From: Octopus sinensis
Lineage: Eukaryota
Length of the DNA: 64,000 nucleotides
Assembly: GCF_006345805.1 (NCBI RefSeq)
Contig: NC_043011.1
Location: forward strand, 3,472,001-3,536,000
Reading direction: 5' to 3'
Shown here: positions 24,840-37,835 of the stretch, in pieces
Numbering within the stretch: the stretch's first letter is position 1
How the letters are laid out: each line of letters starts with the position of its first letter
The notes under the pieces: generated by a model
Database searches by the model: none
What the model saw: the letters and a program-made list of their open reading frames with translations, nothing else
Told to the model about the DNA's origin: nothing
Position numbers and translations under genes: made by a program

Positions 24840-25230
24840 TTTACTTGTTTCAGTCATTTGACTGCGGCCATGCTGGAGCACCACCTTTAGTCGAGCAAAT
24901 CGACCCCGGGACTTATTCTTTGTAAGCCCAGTACTTATTCTATTGGTCTCTTTTGCCGAACCGCTAAGTGACAGGGATGTAAACACACCAGCATTGGTTG
25001 TCAAGCAATGCTAGGGGGGACAAACACAGACACACAAACACATACATATATATATATACATATATACGACGGGCTTCTTTGAGTTTCCGTCTATCAAATC
25101 CACTCACAAGGCATTGGTCGGCCCGGGGCTATAGCAGAAGACACTTGCCCAAGATGCCACGCAGTGGGACTGAACCTGGAACCATGTGGTTGGTTAGCAA
25201 GCTACTTACCACACAGTCACTCCTGCGCCT
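24840..25230 (-). mobile_element. SINE family A, young full length
   Basis: As other copies. Confidence 0.94.
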
Positions 25231-25499
25231 ATGGTGTTGTTTAAAGAGAATTTTAGTTGCCATTTCTAGCATGTCAGTTGACTGTCAAAATTCTGCCTAA
25301 TATACTACAATTACAAAAACCTAGGATATAACAGCCTCTCCTATAAAAGTCTCAAAACTTTTGGAACGCATCTCATATTCCTCTCAACCACCAGCTTTGC
25401 CTCACTGTTATCACATTCTGTTTTCCTCTATTCACCCTCCTGTTGGTCATACTGCATTGGTTATCATCATCATCATCATCGTAATTGTTGTTGTCATCA

Positions 25500-25720
25500 T
25501 TATCATCACCATCCTTTTATGTCCACTTTCCATGCTGGCATGACTTGGACATGGTATCACAGTCCAAGTCAGCCCTTTTTCATTATTATTGCCCTCCTGG
25601 ATGAGTTGGAGGACCATGTCTTACTCATACATTCCAATTTTGATAAACTTCCTGGATGCCCTTCCAAATACAAACCACTTATACAATGTACTGGATACAT
25701 TTGCTGATACACCAACAATA
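25500..25720 (-). mobile_element. Degenerate RTE 3' tail
   Basis: (atc)n, tccactttccatgctggcatg, ggatgcccttcc. Confidence 0.65.
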
Positions 25721-25862
25721 GAGAGATTGTCATGTTCTTCACAAGACTCAGGGACTTACTTGATCCTGTGATGTATCTATCCTTCAAGGCAGTGGGACAA
25801 AGCAGTGTGAATAAAAAAAAACAGAATGTGGTGACAGTGAGACAAAGTTGGTGACAGAGGAA

Positions 25863-26824
25863 TATGAGAAGCATTCCAGAAGTTTTGAGGCCTTTTCAAG
25901 AGAGGCAGTTATAACTGCCCTAGATTATTGTAATTTTAGTATATCATCTCTATACATTTAATACGCTGACCTGCCAACCGTTGTCAATCCAGATTGAAGG
26001 AAACGACTGTAACAACACTTTGAATACAACCTCCTAAACACTGCTTGTTACAGTTGGACTAGTTTACAGAATACAGTCAGAATGTTTGGAAGCTCACTAA
26101 GCAATAAAGTTTTGTACTAAACTGGGGAAAACACCACAGAAAATATGAAATGCTCCACACTGCTTATGGATTGACATTTTCACTGGCACAACAGGATCAG
26201 AAATTGTAGAGAGGAGGAGAAAGAGATGATGAGAAGCATGGAAAGGAGAGGGAGATCAGAACATCAGAGCTGGTTGAGAAAATTCACAAAGTTTCTTGAT
26301 GAAGACGGTTATGTGTCTGTAAAGGCAATAAACATACTTTTTGGAGTTTCTGTGGCAACTGTACGCAGAATTATTTATGTAGATCTGAACATGAGCAAAA
26401 TTTGGACAAAATTTCTGAGTATCTCTGAGTATTCTGAGTATCTGAGTATCCTAGGATACTCAGTGATGAGCAGCCTAGTAACCAACTACTTGACAGAGAT
26501 GGACATCAAAACTGTCTCTTACCCTCCCTACAGTTCAGACCTTGATCTTTGTGACTTTTGGTTGATCCCCAAGCTGAAGAAGCTGAAGGAGTACCTCAGG
26601 GACAGTCATTTTAAAGACTTTGAAAAGATGGAGGCTATGATAAAAATCCTGGACGCCTTCACTTTAGAGAACTTCCATGAGGTTTTCAAAAAGTGGCTGG
26701 AGTGCTACAACAAAGGCATTAAAGTCAGAGGAGCCTACGTTGAAGATGAGAGTTTTATATTTCTTTGAAATTTGATAAATGTTGTTTTTGAAAAAGTCTG
26801 AAAACTTCTGGAATGCACCTCATA
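25863..26824 (+). mobile_element. Internally deleted mariner
   Basis: TIRs tatgagaagcattccagaagtttt / aaaacttctggaatgcacctcata; ORF 26226-26768 has YPPYSSDLDLCDFWLIPKLK..KWLECYNK. Confidence 0.92.
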
Positions 26825-27464
26825 CATACAATAAGTCACTGACATTTACCCATATTTTACCAATCCACTAAACTAGGTAGCTATCATGGTACGGCTGAAC
26901 AGTTAAAAGCAAGTATATCATATATTATCAAGTTTCTCATTGATTTGCATTACTGAGACCAAACTTTGGTATGAATAGTAACACCATCACTGCCACCCTT
27001 TTAATAAATACATTTGATTATGAAAAGTTAAGCAATCGACTGCTAATCGCACTTCCATGAAATATAGCTACCGACTGATTGATTGATTAGTAGATAAAAA
27101 ATAATGATATTTAATGAGGAGACATCAAATAAAATATATCACATATAATTAATAGGGTTTTTTTATAATATTTTTTTTCACTTGTCTGATAAAAAAAGAT
27201 TGATATTAATAATATTATATCCTTGATATCACTTAAGAATGCTTAGCTTCAATCGAGGAAACACTCATAGTGATTATATGGAACGATTTTTTTTTTTGTT
27301 TCATATATGTGTGTGTATCTATAGATATATGTGTATATGTATATATATGTGTGTATGTATGCATGTATGTATATATCTACCTAACTATCTATCTGTGTAT
27401 ATATATGTATATAAATATATATATATATATATACGCGAGAAAGAAGCAACAAGAATGGATAGGT

Positions 27465-27555
27465 TTTTAGTACAATCGTTTCATACAAGGACAGGCTTTA
27501 TTAAAAGTTGCAAAAATTACAGCATATAAACGTGTCCCGTACTCATCAGCTAAAA
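27465..27555 (-). ncRNA. Minimal type I hammerhead ribozyme (mirror of 29540-29630)
   Basis: Reverse complement identical to the plus-strand copy. Confidence 0.85.
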
Positions 27556-27659
27556 TACATGTGAGTTCTCTAGACATCCTAGTGGTTGAGGCTATACTCA
27601 TGAAGTAATGTAGATAATTAAGTAACATAAACAGATTTCCAAACATAAACAGATCTCCT

Positions 27660-28085
27660 GTGTGTAAGTGTAGAATAAAATCAAAATGCCCGGCACCTGG
27701 TCTATGTGGGGAAAATAATGTAATCTATAAATGTACCATATCCACGGAGAATAACAAATATTTTTACATTGGATGTACAATTAATTTTCTAGCCAGAGTT
27801 AGAAATCACATCTCGTCTTTTAAATTACGTCATAAAGCTGGTACCACCACACTTTCAAACAAAATCTGGGAACTCAAAAATAATAATAATAATTATAACC
27901 TTAATTGGGAAATAGTTAGGAGAGCAATTCCGTATAAAAATAGTAGGGTTGGTTGCCAACTATGCTCCATGGAGACGTATGAAATTCTAAAGCATAGAAA
28001 ACATAGAAACTTATTGAATAACCATATCGAACTAGGTCAAGTTTGTGTCCACGCTAAATTGAAGACTTTAAAATATTTTAAATGA
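27660..28085 (+). CDS. PLE GIY-YIG endonuclease domain (open frame, RT part missing)
   Basis: KC.IKSKCP..GLCG..NVIYKCT...YIGCT..F..R..NH..SF...TTLS..IWELK...W.I......Y......CQLC..E....LLN...EL...C.H. Confidence 0.92.
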   Translation: MCKCRIKSKCPAPGLCGENNVIYKCTISTENNKYFYIGCTINFLARVRNHISSFKLRHKAGTTTLSNKIWELKNNNNNYNLNWEIVRRAIPYKNSRVGCQLCSMETYEILKHRKHRNLLNNHIELGQVCVHAKLKTLKYFK

Positions 28086-29539
28086 TTAGAATATTCGTAA
28101 CTAGATAGATAGATAGATATAACTTGATTTTTACTAGTATAGCACTGCTTTAAGTAGATAACTAAGAGTTCTCACACTACAGTTATCTTTTTCCTTATAT
28201 CTGCATCAGTTTTTTGAGAACAGGGAAATGAATAGTACTTATACGCTGCTTAATTGAGGCTTTATTTAATTTCAAACTCATAATTTTAAATCTTAATTTT
28301 AAATCTTAATTGTAATTTTTAATTTTAATTCTTAACTTAATCTAATTTAAGTAGCATAACTTTAATAAAATAAAATGAGTTACTAAAGCCCCATAATTCT
28401 ATTTCAAAATTAATAAATAAGGCTACTCCCTCGGTGATAATATGATTATCTTCATTATGATAGACAATTCCCTAACACCTTGTAAATGATCTTCTAAGAT
28501 TTGACCTGTAGTCCGTCAATGTATGAATAATAACGGCAACTCCTTAAGACAATAAAATGAATAAATTAATAAATAAATTTTAATGACTTTTTGATAAGAT
28601 TATACTTAGATTTTCCTAATGTATTTTCTTTTGATTTTAGCCTCTGACCCCTAAACCCCTGACCGTGTTATCTCTTTAGATTCTCTTTAAATTCATAGCT
28701 GATTTCAACAGCAATAAATTAGCTGTTTTACTGGTCAAAGAATAATATTCTCCTCTAGTTCCTAGATGCCTGTAAATTAAAACCAGACTTGCCGTCTACT
28801 AATTCTTCTGTATAACTAGAACCCTCTTTTTTTCTTTTTCTTTTTTTCCCTTCTTTCCCTATTTCTTTCTCTTTTCTCTTTTTCCTTTTTCTTCTTCTTA
28901 TTCTCTTTTTCCTTTTCTCTTCTCTTTTAGCCCCCCCCCTTTTTGCTCCCTCCTCCTTTATTTTCTCTCTTTTCTTCTCTTCCCTTCCCTTTTCTGTTCT
29001 TTGCCTCTCTAGAAAGCCCTTCAGCCTTTAAAAGTTAAATAGCTACAGCCTCTTGTAAATAGCAGTAATGTGATTAATGTGGCAAATACCTAATCATATA
29101 ACAAGAATTGATACCTACCTCATTGTGTTCAACCATTGATAAATTTATCACCTGTGAATATGAAATTCCTCTTCATTTCTCTGGAAATTTACATCTACAC
29201 CATTGGAAATTGTGCATCTATACAAAGGATTAATTCACCCTCTCTGTAATGCTAATAAGCAGGAATTGAGACCCACCTCGTTGTGATTAACAATGGATAA
29301 ATTTGTCGTCTGTGAGTATGTAATCCCTCCTCATATCTCTGGAAATTCATATGTGCACTATGGATTAGGTCACCTTCTCTGTGATGCTATTAAAACTTTT
29401 TTAAAATTCTGTGATAAGACTGTACATCATCTTTAAAGAACTTTAATGAACTTTGGAAATCTGTTTATGTTACTTAATTATCTACATTACTTCATGAGTA
29501 TAGCCTCAACCACTAGGATGTCTAGAGAACTCACATGTA

Positions 29540-29630
29540 TTTTAGCTGATGAGTACGGGACACGTTTATATGCTGTAATTTTTGCAACTTTTAATAAAGC
29601 CTGTCCTTGTATGAAACGATTGTACTAAAA
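29540..29630 (+). ncRNA. Minimal type I hammerhead ribozyme
   Basis: TTTTAG-CTGATGA-GTACGGGACA(loop)TGTCCTTGTAT-GAAA-CGATTG-TA-CTAAAA; predicted GUA cleavage after 29624. Confidence 0.87.
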
Positions 29631-30139
29631 ACCTATCCATTCTTGTTGCTTCTTTCTCGCTTATAATCACCCCACATTACTGTATTGTTAAAACAGTATA
29701 GTTTTTTTTTGGTGCATCTAAGTTAGGTACCATATTCAAGTAAATTCATTTAAATTAACTTGAATCTTTATTGCTTTTTGTATATATATATATATATATA
29801 TATTATAATGGTCTTGCCAACTTTCTCTTTATGAAGGCAGCTGAACTTGTAAGATCTTCGTGTAACCGTTTACTGGTTGCATACCCAAGTGTTTTTGCAT
29901 ATACCATCTTCAAATTATGAATATAACAATTATTAAGTAACTCCAAGCTTCCTGAAACAGCTGCTGGGGTTAGAAATTATGCATTCTCTTCTCTTCTTGG
30001 TTTGTGTACTGTTTTATGCTCTGCTTAAATATATTTGTTTGTTTGTTTGTTTGTTTGTTTGTTTGTATGTATGTATGTATGTATGTATGTATGCATGCAT
30101 GCATGTATGTATGTATATATATGTATGTATGTATGTATA

Positions 30140-30360
30140 GTTCAAATTTACAGAAAACGAAAGATGAAGATGAGTTTAGGAACAACCAACAAACAGGTGT
30201 ATTAGTTTAACACTCAGGAAGAATGAAAAAGTTTTCAATGTTTCGAGCTTATGCTCTTCGACAGAAAGGATTAAGAAGAAAAAAAACAAAGAGAGAATGT
30301 AAAAAAAATTGAGAGAGAAAAAATTGTGTATGGATTAATGGTTCAACATGATGAAATGGC
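30140..30360 (-). mobile_element. PLE footprint with a mutated hammerhead; a second copy lies at 44055-44230
   Basis: Minus strand 30231-30268: CTTT-CTGTCGA-A-GAGC(ATAA)GCTC-GAAAC; core A6 changed to T. Confidence 0.55.
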
Positions 30361-30609
30361 CAGAAGAGGCTGAGTGAAAGGGAGATAATAACAGTGACCT
30401 GAAACTAAGGTGTGCAAGTGTATATGTGTATGTTAATGGGGACCAGTGCATGTGTATGTATGTGTGGGTGAGCTTGAAATTATCTGGGCCTGTGTGTGTG
30501 TTTGTGTATAAGTGACCCAGTGTGTGTGTTGTTTGGAGTGATGTGCATTTTGTGTATTTGTGATAGATTTGTCAAACCCATCAAAAAATCATCTTACAAG
30601 CCACTGGTG

Positions 30610-30795
30610 CTAGTGCTATATAAAAAAAGCTTCTGGCCCATTCTGTAATGTGGTTGGCATTAGGAAGGGCTCCAACCATAAACACCATACCAAAGCAGAC
30701 AGTGGAGTTAAGTGCAGTCCTTTGGCTTGCCGGCTCCTGTCAAACTGTCCAACACATGCCAGCACGGAAGATGGACTTGAACAATGATGATGATG
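30610..30795 (+). mobile_element. Degenerate RTE 3' tail
   Basis: tggttggcattaggaagggc..tgtccaacacatgccagcacggaag..(gat)n. Confidence 0.7.
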
Positions 30796-32021
30796 TGTGT
30801 TTATCTGCAATACTACCTCTCTCTCTGTCTCTTTATAAATCTATCTCTCTGTCTGTCTGTCTGTCTGTCTGTCTGTATGTCTCTCTCTCTCTCTCTCTCT
30901 CTCCCGGATTAATTCTTTGTAAGCCTAATACTTATTCTATCGGTCCCTTTTGCCGAACTGCTAAGTTTTGGGGATGAAAACACATGAATATCGCTTGTCA
31001 AGTGATGGTGGGAGGACAAACACAGACACACAAACATATATATGTATAAATATATATTAGATAGACAGATAGATAGATAGACAGATAGATAGACAGACAG
31101 ACACAAACACACACACACACATACACACACACACACAAACACACACACACAGATTTCTGTTAATAGTTTTTCTTCGTTATTACAGTTCCATTTTCTAATC
31201 TCATTAGAATCAACAGTTGCCATCTCTGCTCTCAAAGTCATTGAAATAATTAGCAAAAATATACACAAGTTGATTCGGTTCTTACACCATGATCATAAGA
31301 AAATAATGTACGAATCAATTGAGAAAGTTCTGTCACTTTTAAGATAAGCATCAGCTCTTGGAATAACTGAGGGATTTTTAATGTAGTTTTGTACTGTTTA
31401 GCTTTTGTTTTTCTGTAATGAAAAACAGTGAATAATGTCTTCTTATAAACAATGTTAAGTCTGAAGAGTGTGAGGGTAACGATAAAGGTGTCTATGGGAA
31501 TTGATTATGGTGAGGGTGGAGGTGGCATCACTGATGAAGGTGATAATCTTAGCATAAAGTGTACCAAAGAAGACAATGGGAGCATTGATTTGGTGGTGAT
31601 GATGGGGATAACGATGATGGTTGAAGATGGAAAAGGAAGGAAAAGAAGGAAAAGAAGGATAACTACTACACAGCTCCATTTTGGTTATTGTCTCAGTTTT
31701 AATAATATTATTTTGAATAAAGTAGACAGAAAGGGTTTTAGGTTTTCTTTGAAATATTGTCTGAGAATTCCCAAAGGTTATCGCCAACAGGATCTATATT
31801 TTTGAATTATAACATTCTGAAATTGTTTTCTTTGTTTGTTTTTTTCTTTTTATCACTGTTTCTTTTTCTATGATTATTGCTAAATGGTGCCAAGTCAAAA
31901 AAATTAAAGCTGATTATTGGAGATGACTAAACAAGTTTAATCAAGTGTACCAGTACTAAAGGAACAACGGTAACTGAGAACATAGAAAGCTTTCATACAG
32001 AATGGAAACAAAGGCAAAGGC

Positions 32022-32398
32022 ATAGCTATGTGGTAAGAAACTTGCTACCCAACTACATGATTCCAGATTCAGTCCCATTGTGTGGCACCCAGGGTATCTT
32101 CTACTTTAGCCTTGGGTTGACCAAAGCCTTGTGAGTAGATTTGGTAGATAGAAACTGAAACTTGTTGTTGTTGTTGTTGATGTGTCTATGTGTGTGTGTG
32201 TTTCTGCAATTGTCTCCACCACCACTTGACAGTCGGTGTTGGTGTGTTTACATCTGCATAACAGCTTTTCAGCAAATGAGTTCGATAGAATAAGTACCAG
32301 GCTTAAAAGAAAAGTAGGGTCAGTTCAGTCAACTGAAAATTCTTCATTCCCCAGCATGGCCACGGTTTATTGACTGAAACAAGTAAAAGATAAAAGAA
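32022..32398 (+). mobile_element. SINE family A, older copy
   Basis: Diverged head, spacer and tail. Confidence 0.8.
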
Positions 32399-32509
32399 AC
32401 TAACTTCAAGTGGTGGGCAGCATTTCCTATTGGGAATTGAAATTGGAAGTTTAGCTCTATATTATATGAAGTATGGAAATATTGGTTTCAAAATTTGGCA
32501 TAAGGCCAG

Positions 32510-33108
32510 CAGCTTTGGGGGAGGGTGTAAGTCAATTACATCGACCCCAGTGCTCAACTGGTATTTATTTTATCAACCTCCAAAAGAATGAAAAGCAAAG
32601 TCGATCTTAACAGAATTTGAACTCAGAATGTAAAGATTGGCGAGATACTGTAAAGCATTTTCTCTGGTGTACTAACAATTCTACCAACTTTTACTCTTTT
32701 ACTCTTTTACTCTTTTACTTGTTTCAGTCAGTTGACTGCGGCCATGCTGGAGTACCGCCTTTAGTCGAGCAAATCGACCCCAGAACTTATTCTTTGTAAG
32801 CCCAGTACTTATTCTATCGGTCTCTTTTGCCGAACCGCTAAGTGACGGGGACGTAAAAACACCAGCATCGGTTGTCAAGCAATGCTAGGGGGACAAAGAC
32901 AGACACACAAACACATACACACACACACACATATATATATATACCTATATACGACAGGCTTCTTTCAGTTTCCGTCTACCAAATCCACTCACAAGGCATT
33001 GGTTGGCCCGGGGCTATAGCAGAAGGCACTTACCCAAGATGCCACGCAGTGGGACTGAACCCCGAACCATGTGGTTGGTTAGCAAGCTACTTACCACACA
33101 GCCACTCC
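32510..33108 (-). mobile_element. Degenerate SINE B (32510-32690) followed by a young SINE A (32693-33108)
   Basis: Sequence match to both families. Confidence 0.9.
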
Positions 33109-34827
33109 TTGCTGACTCAAATGGAGGAAATAATAATAAAAGTTTACAATGAACATGAAGTATGGAAACATTGGAAGTATTCCAAGTTCTTTACTGTTTT
33201 CTATATTGGATTGTGCTAGAATCTTCATTCGTTAAACTACATCCTCTTTCAACACAGAATACTGTTATGTGATGTAATAAAAACAGTTCCTAAGTGATGA
33301 GAAGCATTTAATAGCCCCTGCTTAACTCTGGTATCAACACGTAGAATGGATGAAAGAGTTAAAATGTTCACTGGATAGGATGTTTATGTATCATTAATAA
33401 CCTTTCCAAATATTAAGATATCTCTTGCTAATATAGATGGATAGGAGTTTATAGAATATAACATCCTGTCCAGATTGCAAATTAAATGTTTGCCATGAAT
33501 TTGAACTCACAACCTGTAAATTTATAGTCCACTAACTTATCCTGTTTACAATACACTAAACTATGTTATGCTTTTCTCTTTAACTTTGCTGCTTTGCATT
33601 GTACCTTCCTATAATTCTTCACCATACTATTTAACACATACATAAAAAAAAACCACTAAGATATGTGCAGGCTCATGTGTCTTGATAATCCATCTATCTT
33701 TAGCCTATGAAACTATTTACAGCAACGACAACAACAATGACAATATCAACAATAATTACAATAACTACAGTATCATTATCAGCTGCAGCAACACAGTAAC
33801 AGCAGCAATTATGATCACTAGTGCATGAAAGAGCAAACTAGCAACTGCAATGCAGTATGAAAGCAGGATAAATGAGAACAAACAACAAAAAAATGTTGGT
33901 GGGCTTTGGTGACAAGTGGAAATATGGATAACCAATTGCTGTTTCAGGTTGTTTCATAGAAAGAAATAATATGCTGATTTATGGGCATGCACAATGGCTT
34001 CCTCGTGTCAGCAATTTGTGATAAAAGGGGATAATAATAATGAATTGTGCTGCAATAAAATAAAAAATAGCATTTTTGCATCCATTGTACTTCATGATAT
34101 TTCTCTGATAAATTTCCTAGTGTTTTTTTCCTTGGTTTATTTTTGATTGAATTATTTCTTTTTATTTTCTTTCTTTTTTCTGTTTTTGTTTTTTGTTTTT
34201 TTGTAGTTTAACTTCTGCTTCATTCTGAGAATTGGGTGAATTTTGCTTTCTTTTTCGATTTCTAAGTCTTTCAACAAAAGCCATATCATAAATATGCCAT
34301 CATTCCACCATTGAATAATCAAAAGTAGAGTAATGAATTCTCCCTTTTAATTAATGCTAGAAAATACAAAAGAAGGCAGCAACAAGATTGGGAAATAATT
34401 GATACTGAAAATATATGAATGGTTATTAGGGTGGTGGAGTCATATAATACAATAAGATACCAGACTAGATGTAATATTTAGTTTTTTCCATCAAAGTTCT
34501 GAATTCCAGTCTCAATGGATTAATTTTATATCTAATTCTTTCAGGGTCGATAAAATACATGACAATCAATGAAATTTAAAGTTCATTTTACTTTGTCTGA
34601 TCTAATTCTTCAAGGTTTTGAGTACATCCACTGCAGTAACAAACTTTACTTATCTCCAGCCTCTCATACAGTATGCTCTACAATATATTATTGCATCTTA
34701 CAGTATTTTAAGTTCAATTTTTATTGAAACCAAGATCACCTTTCTTTCTTCCTGGGTCAAAAACTGATGCTTGAAATGTTATTGTGATTAACGAAGAGAA
34801 AAATGTCCGTTGTGGTGGTTTCTTATG

Positions 34828-34974
34828 TTAATTCTGAGTTTTCTCTTGGAATCTATTTTTCATCACATCAGACTTGTCTATGGCATTCTTCATGAATGAC
34901 CCGAAAAGTTCCTCTCCAAATTGTAACCCTGCCCGTGAGTGTAAGTCTCCTTTCTCCATACTGCTGATCATGTC
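34828..34974 (-). CDS. Tentative terminal coding exon of an unidentified gene
   Basis: Acceptor ttaactttaaacttcctctAG; open frame DMISSMEKGDLHSRAGLQFGEELFGSFMKNAIDKSDVMKNRFQEKTQN*. No homologue recognised. Confidence 0.3.
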   Translation of the reverse strand, partial: DMISSMEKGDLHSRAGLQFGEELFGSFMKNAIDKSDVMKNRFQEKTQN

Positions 34975-35959
34975 CTAGAGGAAGTTTAAAGTTAATACAA
35001 CCTGGTGCTACTGTTGTCACAGACACTGACATCAGACTACAGAGAACCAGAAAACATATCACAAGGCCACTCTTTCGATCCTCAAACAATTCCACCAAAG
35101 ATTATCAACATTATATGGCATCAATTCAATCAACCATAACCACTCTGACAAAAATTTTCTTTTTCTTAATAAATGAAACAACTATGGCATTTATCTCTGA
35201 TTACTTTAACCTTTTTCTAGTTAACCATTTTATTTTATTTTATTTTATCTTACTAATGTTTAAAATATTTGTTTGTTTTTGATTCAGTGTTTTCTGATGA
35301 CATTTTATGGACGATTTCCTTTAAACTTTACTACTTGGATTCTTTTTGAAAGTTTTTAAGAAACATTTCAACAACATTTTCTTTCCATCCTCACCCATTC
35401 CTAAATGTTATTCTTCCTTCTCATCATCATACTCCACCACCACTGCCACTACCACCACCACCACCAATATCAATATGTGGACCACCAGCATTGTTGTGAC
35501 TGACATCTTTCAACATCCACATTTTCTCTATTCCTATCAACTCTACCATCATCATGATTTCAGTTTTCATTAAGGCAGATATCTCAGACACCATCATGAT
35601 CGTCATCATTCACATACCATCATCACCGCTGGTTTATTGCTCAGTTGTTTTCAAGTGACATAACAGCAGAATAGCTAATGGATAACTAATCTATTTCCCA
35701 GCATTATTATTTCATTTGTAAGACAGAACTATCTGGTGCTAAATTTGATACTGATTAGTTATATACATATAATGTGCTAAAAACTTATCAGAAAATATTG
35801 GAGAAATTAGTTTCTTTTCACAGAATTGATGCCCTTCTCAAAGACATTAACAACTTATACACAACCAAAATCACTACACCCGAAAATCAAAATGAAGTCA
35901 TATATATATATATAATATATATATATATAATATATATATATATATATACACACACACAT

Positions 35960-35991
<32 letters not shown>

Positions 35992-36062
35992 ATGACCTCG
36001 TGTGTACCGTTGGCGATTTTTTTTCCTCTGTCTTCCCTTCTCTGGATCTTTCGTTCTCCTAT

Positions 36063-36097
36063 GTTTCCGACAAAGAGCTCCGCTTGAAACGTTAAAC
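36063..36097 (+). ncRNA. Mutated minimal hammerhead in a PLE footprint
   Basis: GTTT-CCGACAA-A-GAGC(TCC)GCTT-GAAAC-GTT-AAAC; two core substitutions relative to CTGACGA. Confidence 0.55.
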
Positions 36098-36193
36098 CCT
36101 CCTTCTTTCCTTCTTTCCTGAGCGTCCAATAATACTATATTTGTTCCACGTCCTCGCGTTGTTGTGTTTTTTTGTGCTTTCTTGTTTGGATTA

Positions 36194-36252
<59 letters not shown>

Positions 36253-36266
36253 GTATATATACATAC

Positions 36267-36297
<31 letters not shown>

Positions 36298-36546
36298 ATA
36301 TATATATACATATATGTATGTATGTATATATATGTATATATGTATATATGTGTGTGTGTGTATATATATATATATATGTATGTATATATACATACATATA
36401 TATATGTGTATATATATATATCCATCTACGAATCCATAAGTCAGGAAAAATATACACACAAATATTTGTCAATAGAGTGGGTATATTAGTTGAAGTGTAC
36501 AATATTATATATCAATTACAGCCAATCTTACCAATCCATTTCACAA

Positions 36547-36716
36547 TAGGGGTTCAGCAGAGTGTTTGGTAACAGACCGATTATGTAACCCTGCACTCTT
36601 CAGAAATGGCAGTTATGGAATGAAATATGGTGCCATATTCCATTCCATAACTGCAATATCTGAAGAGTGCATAGTTACATAATCAGGCTGTTATCTAACA
36701 CTCTGTTGCACCTCTA
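36547..36716. mobile_element. Fold-back MITE / ~170-nt hairpin
   Basis: ~84-nt arms around atatgg-tg-ccatat, roughly 80% paired. Confidence 0.85.
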
Positions 36717-37245
36717 CTGCAAAACCGATTGGTAAGATCAGCTTTAAAGGATATATAATACTGTGCACTTTGATTAATCATCATCATCATCATCTTCGTT
36801 TAACGTCCGTTCTCCATGCTAGCATGGGTTGGACGGTCATATATATATATGTGTGTGTGTGTGGTTTTCTTAGAGTTTAACTTAGATTTAAATGTCTACA
36901 ATATACTTAAAGTAAATATCCAGATTTGTACATATGTTATATTTTCTAATTTTCTTTTTATTCAGTGAAGGAAGGACAATGGCATAAACCATTTGAGGGC
37001 TTCCAAAACTGGTGGGAGGATAAGAGAAATTTGTCTTTAGATATGAGACTTGATATGAATGCTTATAACAGATGTACAACACTAAGGTGATTAAAGAGTC
37101 AGGTGGTGGTATTAAACCGAGAAATGGATTAAGTCACTGATACAATCTAAATAAATGATGCATGCAGATTGGAAAAGTGTTTATGAGAAAGTTCTTGTAT
37201 CAGAAATAAATCAACAAAATCACTGAGGAGAATGTTGTTCCTTAC

Positions 37246-37295
37246 ATATGAAATGAGCCATGCTATATAGCATACTCCTTCCAAGCCACGTGAGC
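37246..37295 (-). CDS. Tentative 50-nt internal exon
   Basis: Acceptor ataatttcaatatccttttattcAG, donor GTAAGG; frame (G)SRGLEGVCYIAWLISY joins the 34974 exon in phase 0. Confidence 0.35.
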
Positions 37296-37439
37296 CTGAA
37301 TAAAAGGATATTGAAATTATAATCATGGAGGTGGGGTGGTCGCTTTGTTGCTCTGCACTGGACAAGCTTTGATCTAAAAGTGTTAGCAAAGATACTCCAC
37401 CTGTCGTTTTCCCTGATCTCATAACTTTCTTTTTTTTTT

Positions 37440-37835
37440 TATTTTGTCAGTCATTAGACTGTGGTCATGCTGGAGCACTGCCTGGAAGGGTTTTTAGTCA
37501 ACTGAATCGACCCCAGTGCTTGTTTTTTAAGCCTTGTACTTATTCCATTTGTCTCTTTTGAACTTCTAATTTACTGAAATGTAAACACACCAACGCTGGT
37601 TGTCAAGTAGTACTGAGGGTCTTACACACACAGACACATGCACACACATACACATGTACACACACACACACACACACACAAAGTATGCTTCTTTCAGTTT
37701 CCACTCAGCAAATCCACTCATAATGCTTTCATCTGCCTGAGGCTAGTAGAAGACACTTGCCCAAGATGCCACATTGAAGGACTGAGCCCAGAACCATGTG
37801 GTTGGGAAGTGAGCTGCTTACCACACAGCCATGCC
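37440..37835 (-). mobile_element. SINE family A, older copy
   Basis: Sequence match. Confidence 0.82.

Larger units (their letters stand above)
27435..29660 (+). mobile_element. Young 5'-truncated Penelope-like element bounded by identical 209-bp inverted repeats
   Basis: Arms 27435-27643 and 29452-29660 are reverse complements with no mismatch seen; contains a GIY-YIG ORF and one hammerhead per arm. Confidence 0.92.

Noticed and set aside
34905-34940. SRAGLQF, identical to a histone H2A motif
   Set aside because: Only 7 aa; flanking residues do not follow H2A.
35887-36572. Many [12 protein letters not shown] ORFs here and at 44.7-45.0, 55.2-55.5 and 62.6-63.1 kb
   Set aside because: (TA)n and (CA)n artefacts.
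36965-37088. Plus-strand exon candidates (also ~20845, 21400, 31208, 35823, 48293, 50760, 53678)
   Set aside because: Good acceptors are common in AT-rich DNA. I found no consistent chain or recognisable peptide; not excluded without RNA data.
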